A DNA stretch of 64,000 nucleotides from positions 20,770,001-20,834,000 of the forward strand of contig NC_082731.1 of NCBI RefSeq assembly GCF_030144855.1, read 5' to 3'. The notes below the pieces were generated by a model. That model saw nothing but the letters and a program-made list of their open reading frames with translations, had not been told where the DNA came from and searched no databases. Each line of letters opens with the position of its first letter. The stretch's first letter is position 1. Shown here in pieces: positions 25,477-36,039 of the stretch. This stretch comes from Hypanus sabinus. Its lineage: Eukaryota. A program made the translations under genes and the position numbers.

Positions 25477-26105
25477 AATTTTCAAAAGTTCTTCTAAACA
25501 TGGACTCTCCCTGTTCCTTCGATTACGAGCACGCGATACCCGGCCCGTCTTCTGCGGGCAGTCGAAGACAAAACGTAAAGCGGCAAATGTGGAAACTGAG
25601 CACTTTCATATCTGCTAATACCTTTGAATGTCACAATCACTGGTGACATCACCCCAGAGCTGCCAGAGTCCCACGATCGGCACACTGGACTGCCACGTCT
25701 CCTCCTGCTTAAGCCATATTTGCAAACCAATAAAGGACGACCTGATACATTACTACACTTTGCGGACGCTCCAATGCAGGTTTATCGTTATGTTTGTTTC
25801 TCCTGTGTACCGGGATACTGAGAAAAGTTTGTACAGTATGCTTCTATGCTTCATTTTGGAATCAGAGAATATATACAAGATACAACCTGCAATTCATGTT
25901 CTGCAGAACAACCTCAAAACACAGCCAAAATGCAAAGTATGAATGTCTGTAAGAGGTAAGAACGCAAACATCCCGAGTCACTTCCCTCTCACAAGCAGTA
26001 ACAACATGCATTCGTGTAACTGATTTCTAATCTCTTCACTGATTCTGGCATAAAACAGCAACATGTCCTTTAAAAAAGCTGCATTGGTAGCAACAGCAAA
26101 ACCAT
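25477..26105 (-). pseudogene. Decayed antisense V (family B), unit 2
   Basis: 3' end gaagacgggccgggtatcgcgtgctcg (ED.AGYR(C)AR after two 1-nt deletions), then AACAGGG, 23 nt, TTGAAAATT. Candidate leader MVLLLLPMQL from 26105. Confidence 0.65.
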
Positions 26106-26504
26106 GAAGAGAGTCCTCTTCAACTCTTCCCTCCAGCATTCCTTCATTCTTCGGTGCTCTCTCTCACAAGTTTTAAAGGAACACGCGGACATAGCTCTGT
26201 CCGAGCAAGTAAAGGAGGAGAAAGGGAAGAAAGAGACGTTGAGGTGCGGTGTGGGTGCGCAGATTTACACGGGACCCGGAAAGATAGGAGAAACTAGAAT
26301 GACAAATGGAAACAAATCAGAATCTGATTGGTGCTCGGAAAGGCTCCGTCTGTTGTGTTAGCGAATCTTTTATCCTTAGCTCCGCCCCCAGTCTTACACA
26401 TTATGAAAGGTACCGAAAGACCAATCGCAGAGTGATATATTTGTCAAATGACAATTAAATTTTGAGAGGAATCTACGTTTTGATCCAGCCCGAAATTAGA
26501 CACC

Positions 26505-26939
26505 ATGATTTCTCTGTGTTCATTACTGATTGCTTTCACTGCGCTTCATTGTAAGTCTCAGCGACGATGACCTGCGAATTTCCCTAACGTTCAATCCGAG
26601 CCTGCTGTGTTTATGTATTCTGTCCTTTATTGCAGGAACGATTGGGAAAGATTCAGTGACAAAGTATCCTCCAGACTTAACGGCTGAAGAAGGAGAGACC
26701 TTCACACTGCACTGCAGTTACACATCTGCTAACCCAAACATCTTTTGGTACATTCAACCCAGTGGACAATCTCCAAATTATTTGTTGAAGGTATTATTTG
26801 GCACAGGAGAAGTGGTGCGTCACCCAGATTGCCCAGAGAGATTTACCGCTAGTTTGCAGAAAGAGAGCAAGACGGCTCAATTGAAAATCGTTGATGCTTT
26901 TGTCTCCGACTCTGGCATGTATCTCTGTGCAATGAGTAC
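26505..26939 (+). pseudogene. TCR V segment A3: V exon open, but splicing creates a TGA at the leader/V junction
   Basis: The leader ends ..CTT CAT T|gtaag (26550) and exon 2 starts GA ACG (26636), giving T+GA. The V exon itself is intact (VTKYPP..LHCSY..IFWYIQ..YLCAMS). Confidence 0.85.
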
Positions 26940-26978
26940 CACACTGCTGTGTGGAGACGGCGGATCCGCACAAATACA
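26940..26978 (+). promoter_or_regulatory. 23-RSS of A3
   Basis: CACACTG, 23 nt, ACAAATACA. Confidence 0.9.
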
Positions 26979-27506
26979 GGTCCGGTGTAATTCAAAAGGT
27001 TCTCTCTGGAGGGCGCCTTTGTGCCGAGAAACTGCAAGTGACGCACTCAGCCATGGTCACATGCCCTACTTAAAAGGGCTGCAATCAGCAACATACGGTG
27101 CCGGAGCTAAAGGGAGATGTCCTGTTTAAAGTTTATAGAGGTTTGGAATATTGGTGGTTTAGAGATTGACAAAGAACAGCATCACGAACTTCGTATTTTC
27201 AAGGCGTTCTAAGTAGAAAGGAGAGCAAGAGAAAGAGGGAGGGAATGGAATCACAATAGACAGATAGTTTATATAATCTGATCGCCCATAGGGATTAATC
27301 TGATTCGATGGTATCGTCTCCTCTCGTACTTAGACAAATATCGAAATTGTAAACAAAATTTGCATCGTTACGTTGAGTAGGTTTACACAGATTTATTCGA
27401 TGTTCAGCCTATCGAGATAATACAAAGTAAAATAATAGAAAATGCAAAAATAAGGTGTAACTAACTACCTTAGCAAAATGCTGCAAAGGATGTAGAGAAG
27501 CGTAAG

Positions 27507-27725
27507 GGCATACCTATACGGATTGGAATTAAGTTTCAATTTCATGCTCCAGCTCCATAATCTTATCGCAAGGTAGAATCAACCTTGCACGGATTGCAGC
27601 GTGCTTTTAATCCTGCCAGTCTTCTCAGCGATGAAAGAGACAGACGGAGAGAACGTAGAGGTGTCAAAGCAGCACATAGTGACAGCATCTGCTCCCCAAG
27701 ATATATTTCGAAATTTGGAATCTCA
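27507..27725 (-). pseudogene. D-like and J-like relics, unit 3
   Basis: The J relic keeps GGA GCT GGA (G-A-G) after GAT AAG ATT. The TTGGGGAG core is at 27699-27692. Confidence 0.4.
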
Positions 27726-27865
27726 TTATATGCATACTGTACTGAATAATTCAATTACCAAATTGCCTCATCTGAAATGGCGATCAGACACCCTGGGCCA
27801 TTTGGTCTCATGCTGCTCCTATATAATATGGTCATATATAATATGGTCTGTTGATTTGTCTGTAT

Positions 27866-28498
27866 AATTTTCGAACATTCTTCTAAACATGGACTCTCCC
27901 TGTTCCTTCGATTACGAGCACGCGGTACCCGGACCGTCTTTTTGCGGGCAGTCGAAGACAAAACGTAAAGCGGCAAATGTGGAAACTGAGCACTTTCATA
28001 TCTGCTGATACCTTTGAATGTCACAGTCACTGGTGACATCACCCCAGAGCTGCCAGAGTCCCACGATCGGCACACTGGACTGCCGCGTCTCCTCCTGTTC
28101 AAGACATATTTTGCAAACCAATAAAGAACGACCTGATACATTGCTACACTTTGCAGACGCTCCAATGCAGGTTTATCGCTATGTTTGTTTCTCCTGTGTA
28201 CCGGGATACTGAGAAAAGTTTGTACAGTATGCTTCTATGCTTCAATATGGAATCAGAGAATATATACAAGATACAACCTGCAATTCATGTTCTGCAGAAC
28301 ACCCTCAAAACACAGCCAAAATGCAAAGTATGAATGTCTGTAAGAAGTAAGAACACAAACACCCCCAGTCACCTCCCTCTCACAAGCCTGCAACAAGTTG
28401 CATTCGTCTAACTGATTTCTAATTTCTTCACTGATTCTGGCATAAAACAGCAACATTTCCTTTAAAAAAAGCTGCATTGGTAGCAACAGCAAAACCAT
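27866..28498 (-). pseudogene. Decayed antisense V (family B), unit 3
   Basis: One minus frame is open across most of the domain: LQSVAMYQVVLYWFAK..RGSPV..GVMSPV..FKGISRYESAQFPHL..RARNRRN, then AACAGGG, 23 nt, TCGAAAATT. Candidate leader MVLLLLPMQLFLK. Confidence 0.7.
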
Positions 28499-28900
28499 GA
28501 AGAGAGTCCTCTTCAACTCTTCCCTCCAACATTCCTTCATCCTTCGGTGCTCTCTCTCACACATTTTAAAGGAAGACGCGGATATGGCTCTGTCCGAGCA
28601 AGTAAAGGAGAAGAAAGTGAAGAAAGAGACGTTGCGTTGCGGTGTGGGGGCGGAGATTTACACGGGACCCGGAAAGATAGGAGAAACTAGAAGAATGACG
28701 AATGGAAACAAAGCAGAATCTGATTGGTCTTCGGAAAGGCTACGACCGTTGTGTTAGCGAATCTTTTATCCTCAGCACCGCCCCCGGTCTTACTCTTTAT
28801 GAAAGGTACCGAAAGACCGATTGCACAGTAAAATATCTGTCAGATGAAAAATAAATTCTGAGAGGAATCTACCGTTGGATCTCGCCCGAAATTAGACACC

Positions 28901-29336
28901 ATGATTTCTCTGTGTTCATTACTGATTGCATTCACTGCGCTTCCTGGTAAGTCTCAGCGACGGTGGCCCGCGAATTTCCCTAACGTTCAATCCGAGCCTG
29001 CTGTGTTGATGTATTCTGCCCTTTATTGCAGTAACGATTGGGGAAGATTCGGTGACGCAGTATCCTCCAGACTTAACGGCTGAAGAAGGAGAGACCGTAA
29101 CACTGAACTGCAATTATACATATGCTAACCCAAACATCTTTTGGTACATTCAACATAGTGGGCAACCTCCAAATTATTTGGTGATGGTATTCTTTGGCAC
29201 AGGAAAGATGGTGCGGAATCCAGATTGCCCGGAGAGATTTACAGCTAGTTTGCAGAAAGAGAGCAAGATGGCTCAATTGAAAATCGTTGATGCTGTTTTC
29301 CTCCGACTCTGGCTTGTATCTCTGTGCAATGAGTAC
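28901..29336 (+). pseudogene. TCR V segment A4 with +1 frameshift in FR3
   Basis: Leader 28901-28946, exon from 29032. gctgttttcctccgac has one base more than the paralogues (gcttttgtctccgac), which shifts the second Cys out of frame. Confidence 0.88.
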
Positions 29337-29375
29337 CACACTGCTGTATGGAGACGGCAGGTCCGTACAAATACA
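29337..29375 (+). promoter_or_regulatory. 23-RSS of A4
   Basis: CACACTG, 23 nt, ACAAATACA. Confidence 0.9.
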
Positions 29376-29909
29376 TGTCCGGTGTAATTCAGAAAGTTCT
29401 CACTGGAGGGCGCCTTTGTGCTGGGAAACTGCAAGTGACGCACACAGCCATGGTCACATGCCCTACTTAAAAGGGCTGCAATCAGCAACATAAGGCGCTG
29501 GAGCTAAATGAAGATGTCCTGTTTAAAGGTTATAGAGGGATTGGAATATTGGTGGTTTAGAGGTTGACAAAGAATAGCTACACGAACTTCATATTTTCGA
29601 TCGTTTTCAGTTGAAAGGTGAGCAAGGAACGGAGAGAGGGAATTGAATCACAATAGACAGATAGTTTAAATAATCTGATCGTCTAGCCAGATTAATCTGA
29701 TTCCGTGGTATCGTCACGTATCGCATTTGGACAAATATTGCAATTGTAAACAGAATTAGGTTTTGTTATTGCATGGTTACTTTGAGCAGGTTTGTTAATT
29801 CAATGTCCAACCTGTCGAGATAACACAAAGTAAAACAATAGAAAAATTCGCAAATAAGGTGTAACGACCTGAGAAAAATGCTGCAAAGGTAGGGGAAAAA
29901 AAGCATATT

Positions 29910-30131
29910 GTCATACCTATGTGGATTGGAAATAAGTTTCAATTTCATTCTACAGTTCCATGATCTTAGTACACGGCAGAATCAATTCTTGCGCACTTTA
30001 CTGTCTGGTTTTAGTCCTTCATATCTTCTCACCGATGAATGAGACAAACGGAGAGAACGTTGAAGTTTCTGTCGAAGGAGCACGTAGTGATAGCATCTGC
30101 TCCCCAAGATATATTTCTGAATTTTGAAACT
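29910..30131 (-). pseudogene. D-like and J-like relics, unit 4
   Basis: D: AGTTTCAAA, 11 nt, TATCTTG, GGGAG, CAGATG, 21 nt, ACAGAAACT (30131-30064). J: AAAGTGCGC, 12 nt, TGCCGTG ... gtatga (29999-29910). Confidence 0.45.
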
Positions 30132-30275
30132 CTCATTCTAATGATATGCTTACTGTATCGAAAAATTTCTTTACCAACCTGTCTTATCGCGAATGATGAA
30201 ACAGACACACTAGGCCGTTTGGCGTCATTCTGCTACTATACACTATGGTCTTCTGTTCTGCTGATTTACCTGTAG

Positions 30276-30897
30276 AATTTTCGCACGTTCTTCAAACATG
30301 TACTCTCAGTGTTCCTTCGATCGCGAGGCACGTGATACCCGGGCCGTCTTTTGTGGGCAGTCGAAGAAAAAGCATATGGCGGGAAACGTGGAAACTGGGC
30401 ACATTCGTATCTGCTGATGGGCTTTGAATGTGACAACCACTGGTAACATTACTACAGATGCCACTATCGGCACTCTGGACTACCCCTCCACCTCCTCTTT
30501 ACCGCTCATGCCATATTTTTCGAAAAATAAAGAACGACCTGATGCAATTTGTCACTTTGCAGACGCTCCAAAGCAGGTTTATCGCTATATTTTGTTGCCC
30601 TGTGACCAAGATACTGAGAAACGTTTGTACAGTATGCTTCTATGCTTCAGTCTGAAATCAGAGAATATATACAAAATACAACCTGAAGTTCATACTCTCC
30701 ACAACACCCTCGAAACACAGCAAAAATTCCAAAGGATGAATGCCTGTAAAATGAAAGAACGCAATCGCCCCAGCCACTTTCCCACACAAGCAGTAGCAAA
30801 TGAATTAGTCTGACTAATTTCCAATTTCCTCACTGATTACAACAGAAAACACCAACATTTCCTGTAAAAACTGCATTGGAAGTAACAGCCAAACCAT
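30276..30897 (-). pseudogene. Decayed antisense V (family B), unit 4
   Basis: Retains an AG acceptor (tttcag|ACTGAAGCATAGAA at 30651, similar to ttag|ACTGGAGCCTTCAA of the 58 kb V). Candidate leader MVWLLLPMQFLQ. RSS AACACTG, 22 nt, GCGAAAATT. Confidence 0.7.
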
Positions 30898-31025
30898 GAA
30901 GAAAGTCCACTTCAACTGTTCCCTCCAGCATTCGTTCATCTCATAATGCTCTCTCTCTCTCACAGACTTTCAAGGAACACACGAATATGGCTCTGTCTGA
31001 AGAAGTAGGGAAGTAGGGGAGACTG

Positions 31026-31362
31026 NNNNNNNNNNNNNNNNNNNNNNNNNNNNNNNNNNNNNNNNNNNNNNNNNNNNNNNNNNNNNNNNNNNNNNNNNNN
31101 NNNNNNNNNNNNNNNNNNNNNNNNNNNNNNNNNNNNNNNNNNNNNNNNNNNNNNNNNNNNNNNNNNNNNNNNNNNNNNNNNNNNNNNNNNNNNNNNNNNN
31201 NNNNNNNNNNNNNNNNNNNNNNNNNNNNNNNNNNNNNNNNNNNNNNNNNNNNNNNNNNNNNNNNNNNNNNNNNNNNNNNNNNNNNNNNNNNNNNNNNNNN
31301 NNNNNNNNNNNNNNNNNNNNNNNNNNNNNNNNNNNNNNNNNNNNNNNNNNNNNNNNNNNNNN
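31026..31362. other. N-run upstream of A5
   Basis: 337 Ns at the position of the purine-rich spacer. Confidence 0.95.
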
Positions 31363-31613
31363 GCGGGGGTTTACGCAAGACACCGAAAGATTGGAGAAAC
31401 AGGAAATATGACGAATGGAAACAAAGCAGATTCTGATTGGTGCTCGGAATGACTCCACCCCTTGTGCCAGTGAATCTTTTAACCAGATAAACGCCCTCGG
31501 TCTTACACAATGTGAATGGTATCAATGAAAAGCTCGGACAATAAAACATCTGTTAAATGACAAGAGCGTCCTGGGAGGAATCTGCCGTTTGATTCAGCCA
31601 GAAATTAGACACC

Positions 31614-32049
31614 ATGATATCCCTCTGTTCATTACTGATTGCATTGACTGCGCTTCCTGGTAAGTTTCTGCGACGGTAACCCACGAATATCACTAGGGTT
31701 TAAATGCAAACATGCTATGTTGATGTTTTCTGTCCTTTATTTCAGGAACGAATGCAAAAGATTCAGTGACGCAGTATCCTCCAGACGTAACGGCTCAGGA
31801 AGGACAGACCATAACACTGAACTGTAATTACACTCATGCTAACCCAAACATCTTTTGGTACATTCAACATAGAGGACAACCTCCAAATTACTTGGTGATG
31901 GTATTTTTTGCCACAGGAGAAATGGTGCGTCATCCAGATTGCCCAGAGAGATTTACCACTAGTTTGCAGAAAGAGAGCAGATGGGCTCAATTGAAAATCG
32001 TTAATGCTCTTTTCTTCGACTCTAGCATGTATCGTTGTGCAATGAGTAG
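31614..32049 (+). CDS. TCR alpha/delta-type V segment A5, apparently functional
   Basis: Leader 31614-31659, intron 31660-31745, exon 31746-32049. Product ..GTNAKDSVTQYPPDVTAQEGQTITLNCNYTHANPNIFWYIQHRGQPPNYLVMVFFATGEMVRHPDCPERFTTSLQKESRWAQLKIVNALFFDSSMYRCAMS. Confidence 0.9.
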
Positions 32050-32088
32050 CACGCTGCTGCATGGAGACGGCAGATCAGTACAAATACA
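32050..32088 (+). promoter_or_regulatory. 23-RSS of A5
   Basis: CACGCTG, 23 nt, ACAAATACA. Confidence 0.88.
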
Positions 32089-32969
32089 GGTCCGGTGTAA
32101 TTCAAAAGAACTCACACTAGAGGGCGCCTTTTGGCTGGGAATCTGCAAGCGACGCACCCAGTTACATGCCCGACTTAAATAACGCTGCAATCTCTCTCAC
32201 TGAATTTATCAAAATTATGTGCATCATCTTTCGTGTAACTGCAATTCAGTCTTATTGTTTAACCTTCCGAATGGACTAGGAGTATCTGGAGATCCAGATC
32301 GTTTTCTCGTTGCTAATAACCACTGGACTCAGCGGTAAGAAAACCACCTATATTATGTTCCGTACGTGTAGAGTGGATATGACTTGCGTTCTGCATTACC
32401 GGTGAGGTTGGAATGTTTCGCCCACACGAACCCCATTTTGTGTGAATGCTATATAATTTACTGCCCGATGCTATTTGCCAGTCATCTAGAAATAACAGAT
32501 CGTACTCTGTATGCGATTAAAAATAAAGCATATTTATGAATGCTACATTAAACAACCTTATTAAAGAAAATAAAGACAAAAAAAGGGCCCATTTTAAGTC
32601 AACACTCAAATGTGCACGGATCGTTAAAAGGCCAGATAAATCCGATGTATACTCGCGACATCATCGCATATTCAGCGATTCACGTTAGAGTTCCCCCTCT
32701 CGGATCGCGCATTCTCGCCGGATTGATTCTAGCCTCCGCTGAAATGGACCACCACCCACCTCAGTGTCTGGTACAAAAAAAAAAATCTCCCCCAGCTTTC
32801 TCCAGAATGCCTTCAAGCAAATCAGGGCCCCTCTCACTTGACTAAACTCAGCTTCATCGCCAGCTGCTGTCGAGGCCATTTTCTATTTATTCTCCTGCTC
32901 AAGCTTCCCTGTCCGTTGCTAGTCTTCTATCCCCCACCCAAACCCTCAGCTACACACCACATTACCTGT

Positions 32970-33381
32970 ATTACGTGACGATAATATCGAATCAGTCTAA
33001 TCTGGTTGGGAGATTTGATTATACAATTCCCTCTCTCCTTCTCTCGGTCACTTTCTATAATACCTTGAAAATATGAAGTTCCCGTACTTATTGTGAACCA
33101 ATCCATGAATTACCAATTTTCCAACCTTCTGTAAACACCTTAGTGAGCTTTACCCCCCCCCCCCCAATTAAATATATCCTGGTTCCAGTCCGTACTCATC
33201 ATTTCTCGCAGCAATGTCTCGAACAAAATAGGCAAAGACAATGGCAGACAAGGTTGTCAATCGTAATAAGCCATTGCAGCAAATGGTGGCGGGAAAATGC
33301 ACATTGCAACGTTCCAGTTTGCCTGCAGGTTTTAAACAGAAACTCTTCCTTTAGCTCCGGCGCAATAACCTTCTGATTGCA
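32970..33381 (-). repeat. Inverted copy of the family-A 3' flank
   Basis: The reverse complement aligns with 21958-22330 (tgcaatcag..ggagctaaagg..tgcaggcaaactggaa..ggactggaa..acgaacttcatattttc..gagagagggaattg). Confidence 0.85.
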
Positions 33382-33599
33382 CTGTGTAAGCATCCTTAAT
33401 GATTCTGTCCTTCTTTACAACACCGGTATGTTAATGTTCAATGGCATCGGCAGCCGATTTTGATTTAGTTTTTTCTTTCGGCTGGCGGAGATGTTACTGC
33501 AAGTAAAATGCCGGGAGAAGCAGGGACCAATCGCTGCCCATGTCTAGAGATATCAAGGGAGTGAAGATGAGGTGTAGAATTGGAAGCCGAATTTACGTA

Positions 33600-34250
33600 G
33601 AAAAAACAGGGGGGAGACAAAAGAGGTGAGGACGTCGCACTGCTGAGCGGAGATGGTGTCCCTGCTGCAGAAAAAGAGGAAATCATGGAGGGGATTGTCC
33701 ATTGAGTCTCTGTGGGTGGAAGTTAGGAAGGGAAGGTGTCAATAACTCTACCGTGTGTTGTTTATGGACCACACAATAGTAACAGGGACATGGAGGAACG
33801 GATAGGGAGACAAATTCTGGAAAGGTGCATTAATGACAGGGTCAATACAAAGTACAATGCAGATGCTGTGGTCAAATCAAGACGTACAAAAATGCTAGAT
33901 CAACTCAGCAGGTCGGGCAGTATCCGTTTAAAAGGAGCAGTCAACCCCTTGATCTTTCCGCTGATTGGTTTTTAACCTGACACCGACCAGCCTTCTCCTT
34001 CCCACCCTCCCTCCACCTTCTTTATAGGACCCGTGCCCCCTCCCTCTACAGTCCTGATGAAGGGTCTCGGCCCGAAACGTTGACTGCTCATTTCAACGGA
34101 TGCTGCTCGACCTGCTAATAAGAGGGTTGTCATGTTAGGAGATTTTAATTAACCCAATATGCACTGATACCTTTCTTGAGCAAGGGGTTAGATGGGATGG
34201 AGTTTGTTAGGTGTGTTCATTAAGGTTTCATGACATAATGTGTATATAAC
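33600..34250 (+). mobile_element. CR1 endonuclease-region fragment interrupted by the 3' end of another repeat (about 33975-34120)
   Basis: 'tctctgtgggtggaagttagg..atggaggaacggatagggagacaaattctggaaagg' and the insert 'gatgaagggtctcggcccgaaacgttgactg..ggatgctgctcgacctgct'. Confidence 0.7.
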
Positions 34251-34840
34251 TGTTTGTGGAAAGAAAGAAATGTGGTTCATTTCAGCATCTCCAGTGATTT
34301 TTCTTAAGACTGCCGTTGTCTTCCTCTGTTTTGAAACTTAGGCTTTTGAAGGGGATTGGAGGTCCGGAATAAGAACTGCCCTCTACAATTTTGGCACGAA
34401 CATAGAAATAAGGAACGCACACCAAAATACAAGGTTTATCAGCGATATTTAATCAAACGATATTCAGTTTCAGGACTGAAGAAGCGTTACGGAAATCAAA
34501 CTCCAATGACATTCTTGGAATCAACAAACGTTATTTGAGAGATCTAAATGTCCTGTTTTTCCTTTTGACTACAACGCGTTAAAGCTATACACAACCTGCT
34601 GGATATCGACTTTAACCGCAATAGAAGAGTGCGCTGTGATTGGCTAAGTGTGAAGCGAATGTTTGCCAGGAATAGAAACTCTGCACAACCCGATAACTCA
34701 ACAAGAAAGATGTAATGCAGAAGGGAACCAGCATTTAGGACGATGCAGTTTTATATCTACACACACTGATAGAGAACCCAAAGTTGGTCAAGCAAATGAA
34801 AGCGAGAAAGGAGAGAGATAGAAGAGAGGTGGAGGGAGAG

Positions 34841-35024
34841 NNNNNNNNNNNNNNNNNNNNNNNNNNNNNNNNNNNNNNNNNNNNNNNNNNNNNNNNNNNN
34901 NNNNNNNNNNNNNNNNNNNNNNNNNNNNNNNNNNNNNNNNNNNNNNNNNNNNNNNNNNNNNNNNNNNNNNNNNNNNNNNNNNNNNNNNNNNNNNNNNNNN
35001 NNNNNNNNNNNNNNNNNNNNNNNN
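34841..35024. other. N-run after a GA-rich tract
   Basis: 184 Ns. Confidence 0.95.
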
Positions 35025-35094
35025 TCACATACAGATCGATCCCCTTTCATTCGCCTATAGTTTCAGCACGGCAAAACTCCACGAATTCCAGAAA

Positions 35095-35445
35095 GGGAAG
35101 GTTGCTGTGATACAATCACACTCTTCAATTTCCACGAAGTTTTAAAACATTGTTTTAATACATTCAATCGAGACTAAATTCAACCCCATGGGTTCTCTCC
35201 GCCTTTTACAATTCTTCGTACATTCAAAATGGCGGAAATACGCAAGACATTTGCTGGGTGAAAAGGTCACGGAAGATGGAGAGGGCCTCCAGAAGATTTA
35301 GTGAGGTTTATCGACGGATTGCCGTCAGCGAGCAGGATGATTAATTTCGGTGCCTGAGGTTCCGGTGTCGGACTCCTGCCGTGAATCTCTCTGTGCCATG
35401 GAACCAATATTCCTGTTCGGATTTCGCCAATCCAGGTCAAAAGTT
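35095..35445 (+). pseudogene. Decayed TCR V pseudogene
   Basis: ttcttcgtacattcaaaatggcgga (F(W)YIQNGG) and gtgtcggactcctgccgtgaatctctctgtgccatg (VSDS(A)V(Y)LCAM). RSS degenerate. Confidence 0.65.
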
Positions 35446-35593
35446 AGCTACAGCTGGTGCAATGATCAGGTATTAGAATGCGCGTGTTATCGGAAAAACA
35501 GAAGGGACGCAAGCGATGATCTGTCTTCTTAATTAACTGGCAGAGGGACTGTGAGAGAGCGAAAAGAATAGATAGTCTGTGAGAGGGTAGGGG

Positions 35594-35597
<4 letters not shown>

Positions 35598-35680
<83 letters not shown>
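35598..35680. repeat. (GA)n microsatellite
   Basis: Direct reading. Confidence 0.95.
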
Positions 35681-35683
<3 letters not shown>

Positions 35684-35859
35684 AAGATAAGAAAGAGAAA
35701 GAAATAGGGAGAGAAACTGAAAAAAAAAACATTCCGATTACGATTGGTGCAGCCGAGAACGACCCCATGTCTTTCACAGAGTGGGAGGTATGAGAGATGT
35801 ATTCATTGAGGACCTCAATGTGGAAAATTTGGATGCACATTCCTTTACTCCTTTATCGC

Positions 35860-36005
35860 AAGAACCCGTGGGAAGCATTCAGTAATGTAACTTATAAAAC
35901 TGATCGTCGGTGAATGATAGATGATCATTATCCTGTAAATGTGTGTTGGCACACTCAGCACAACGAACAATCCCTATTTGCTGCAGATATATCATTTCTT
36001 CATTC
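35860..36005 (+). pseudogene. 5' half of a V pseudogene split by a CR1 insertion
   Basis: gtgggaagcattcagtaatg (G.(D)SV..), tggcacactcagcacaacgaacaa (W.TQHNEQ) and ccctatttgctgcagatatat (PYLLQIY). ATTGG box at about 35742. Confidence 0.55.
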
Positions 36006-36039
36006 GTCGGCCGTTTGAAAGGGGTACGACTGTATAAGC

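Noticed and set aside
26530-27129. 199-aa ORF reading through the A3 intron as a rescue isoform
   Set aside because: It starts at TTG, is out of frame with the leader ATG and lacks a proper signal peptide.
22857-30897. Calling the antisense V an IgNAR/NAR-TCR V because of QTFRSI and EDG.GYRC-like words
   Set aside because: The Trp-to-Cys distance (about 66 codons) is too long for a CDR2-less NAR domain, and no leaderless supporting V follows on that strand.
33380-33386. Perfect heptamer CACAGTG (minus strand) at the right inversion junction, suggesting germline RAG activity
   Set aside because: No nonamer at 12 or 23 nt. The junction falls inside the heptamer rather than at its edge, so it looks like a chance product of the join.
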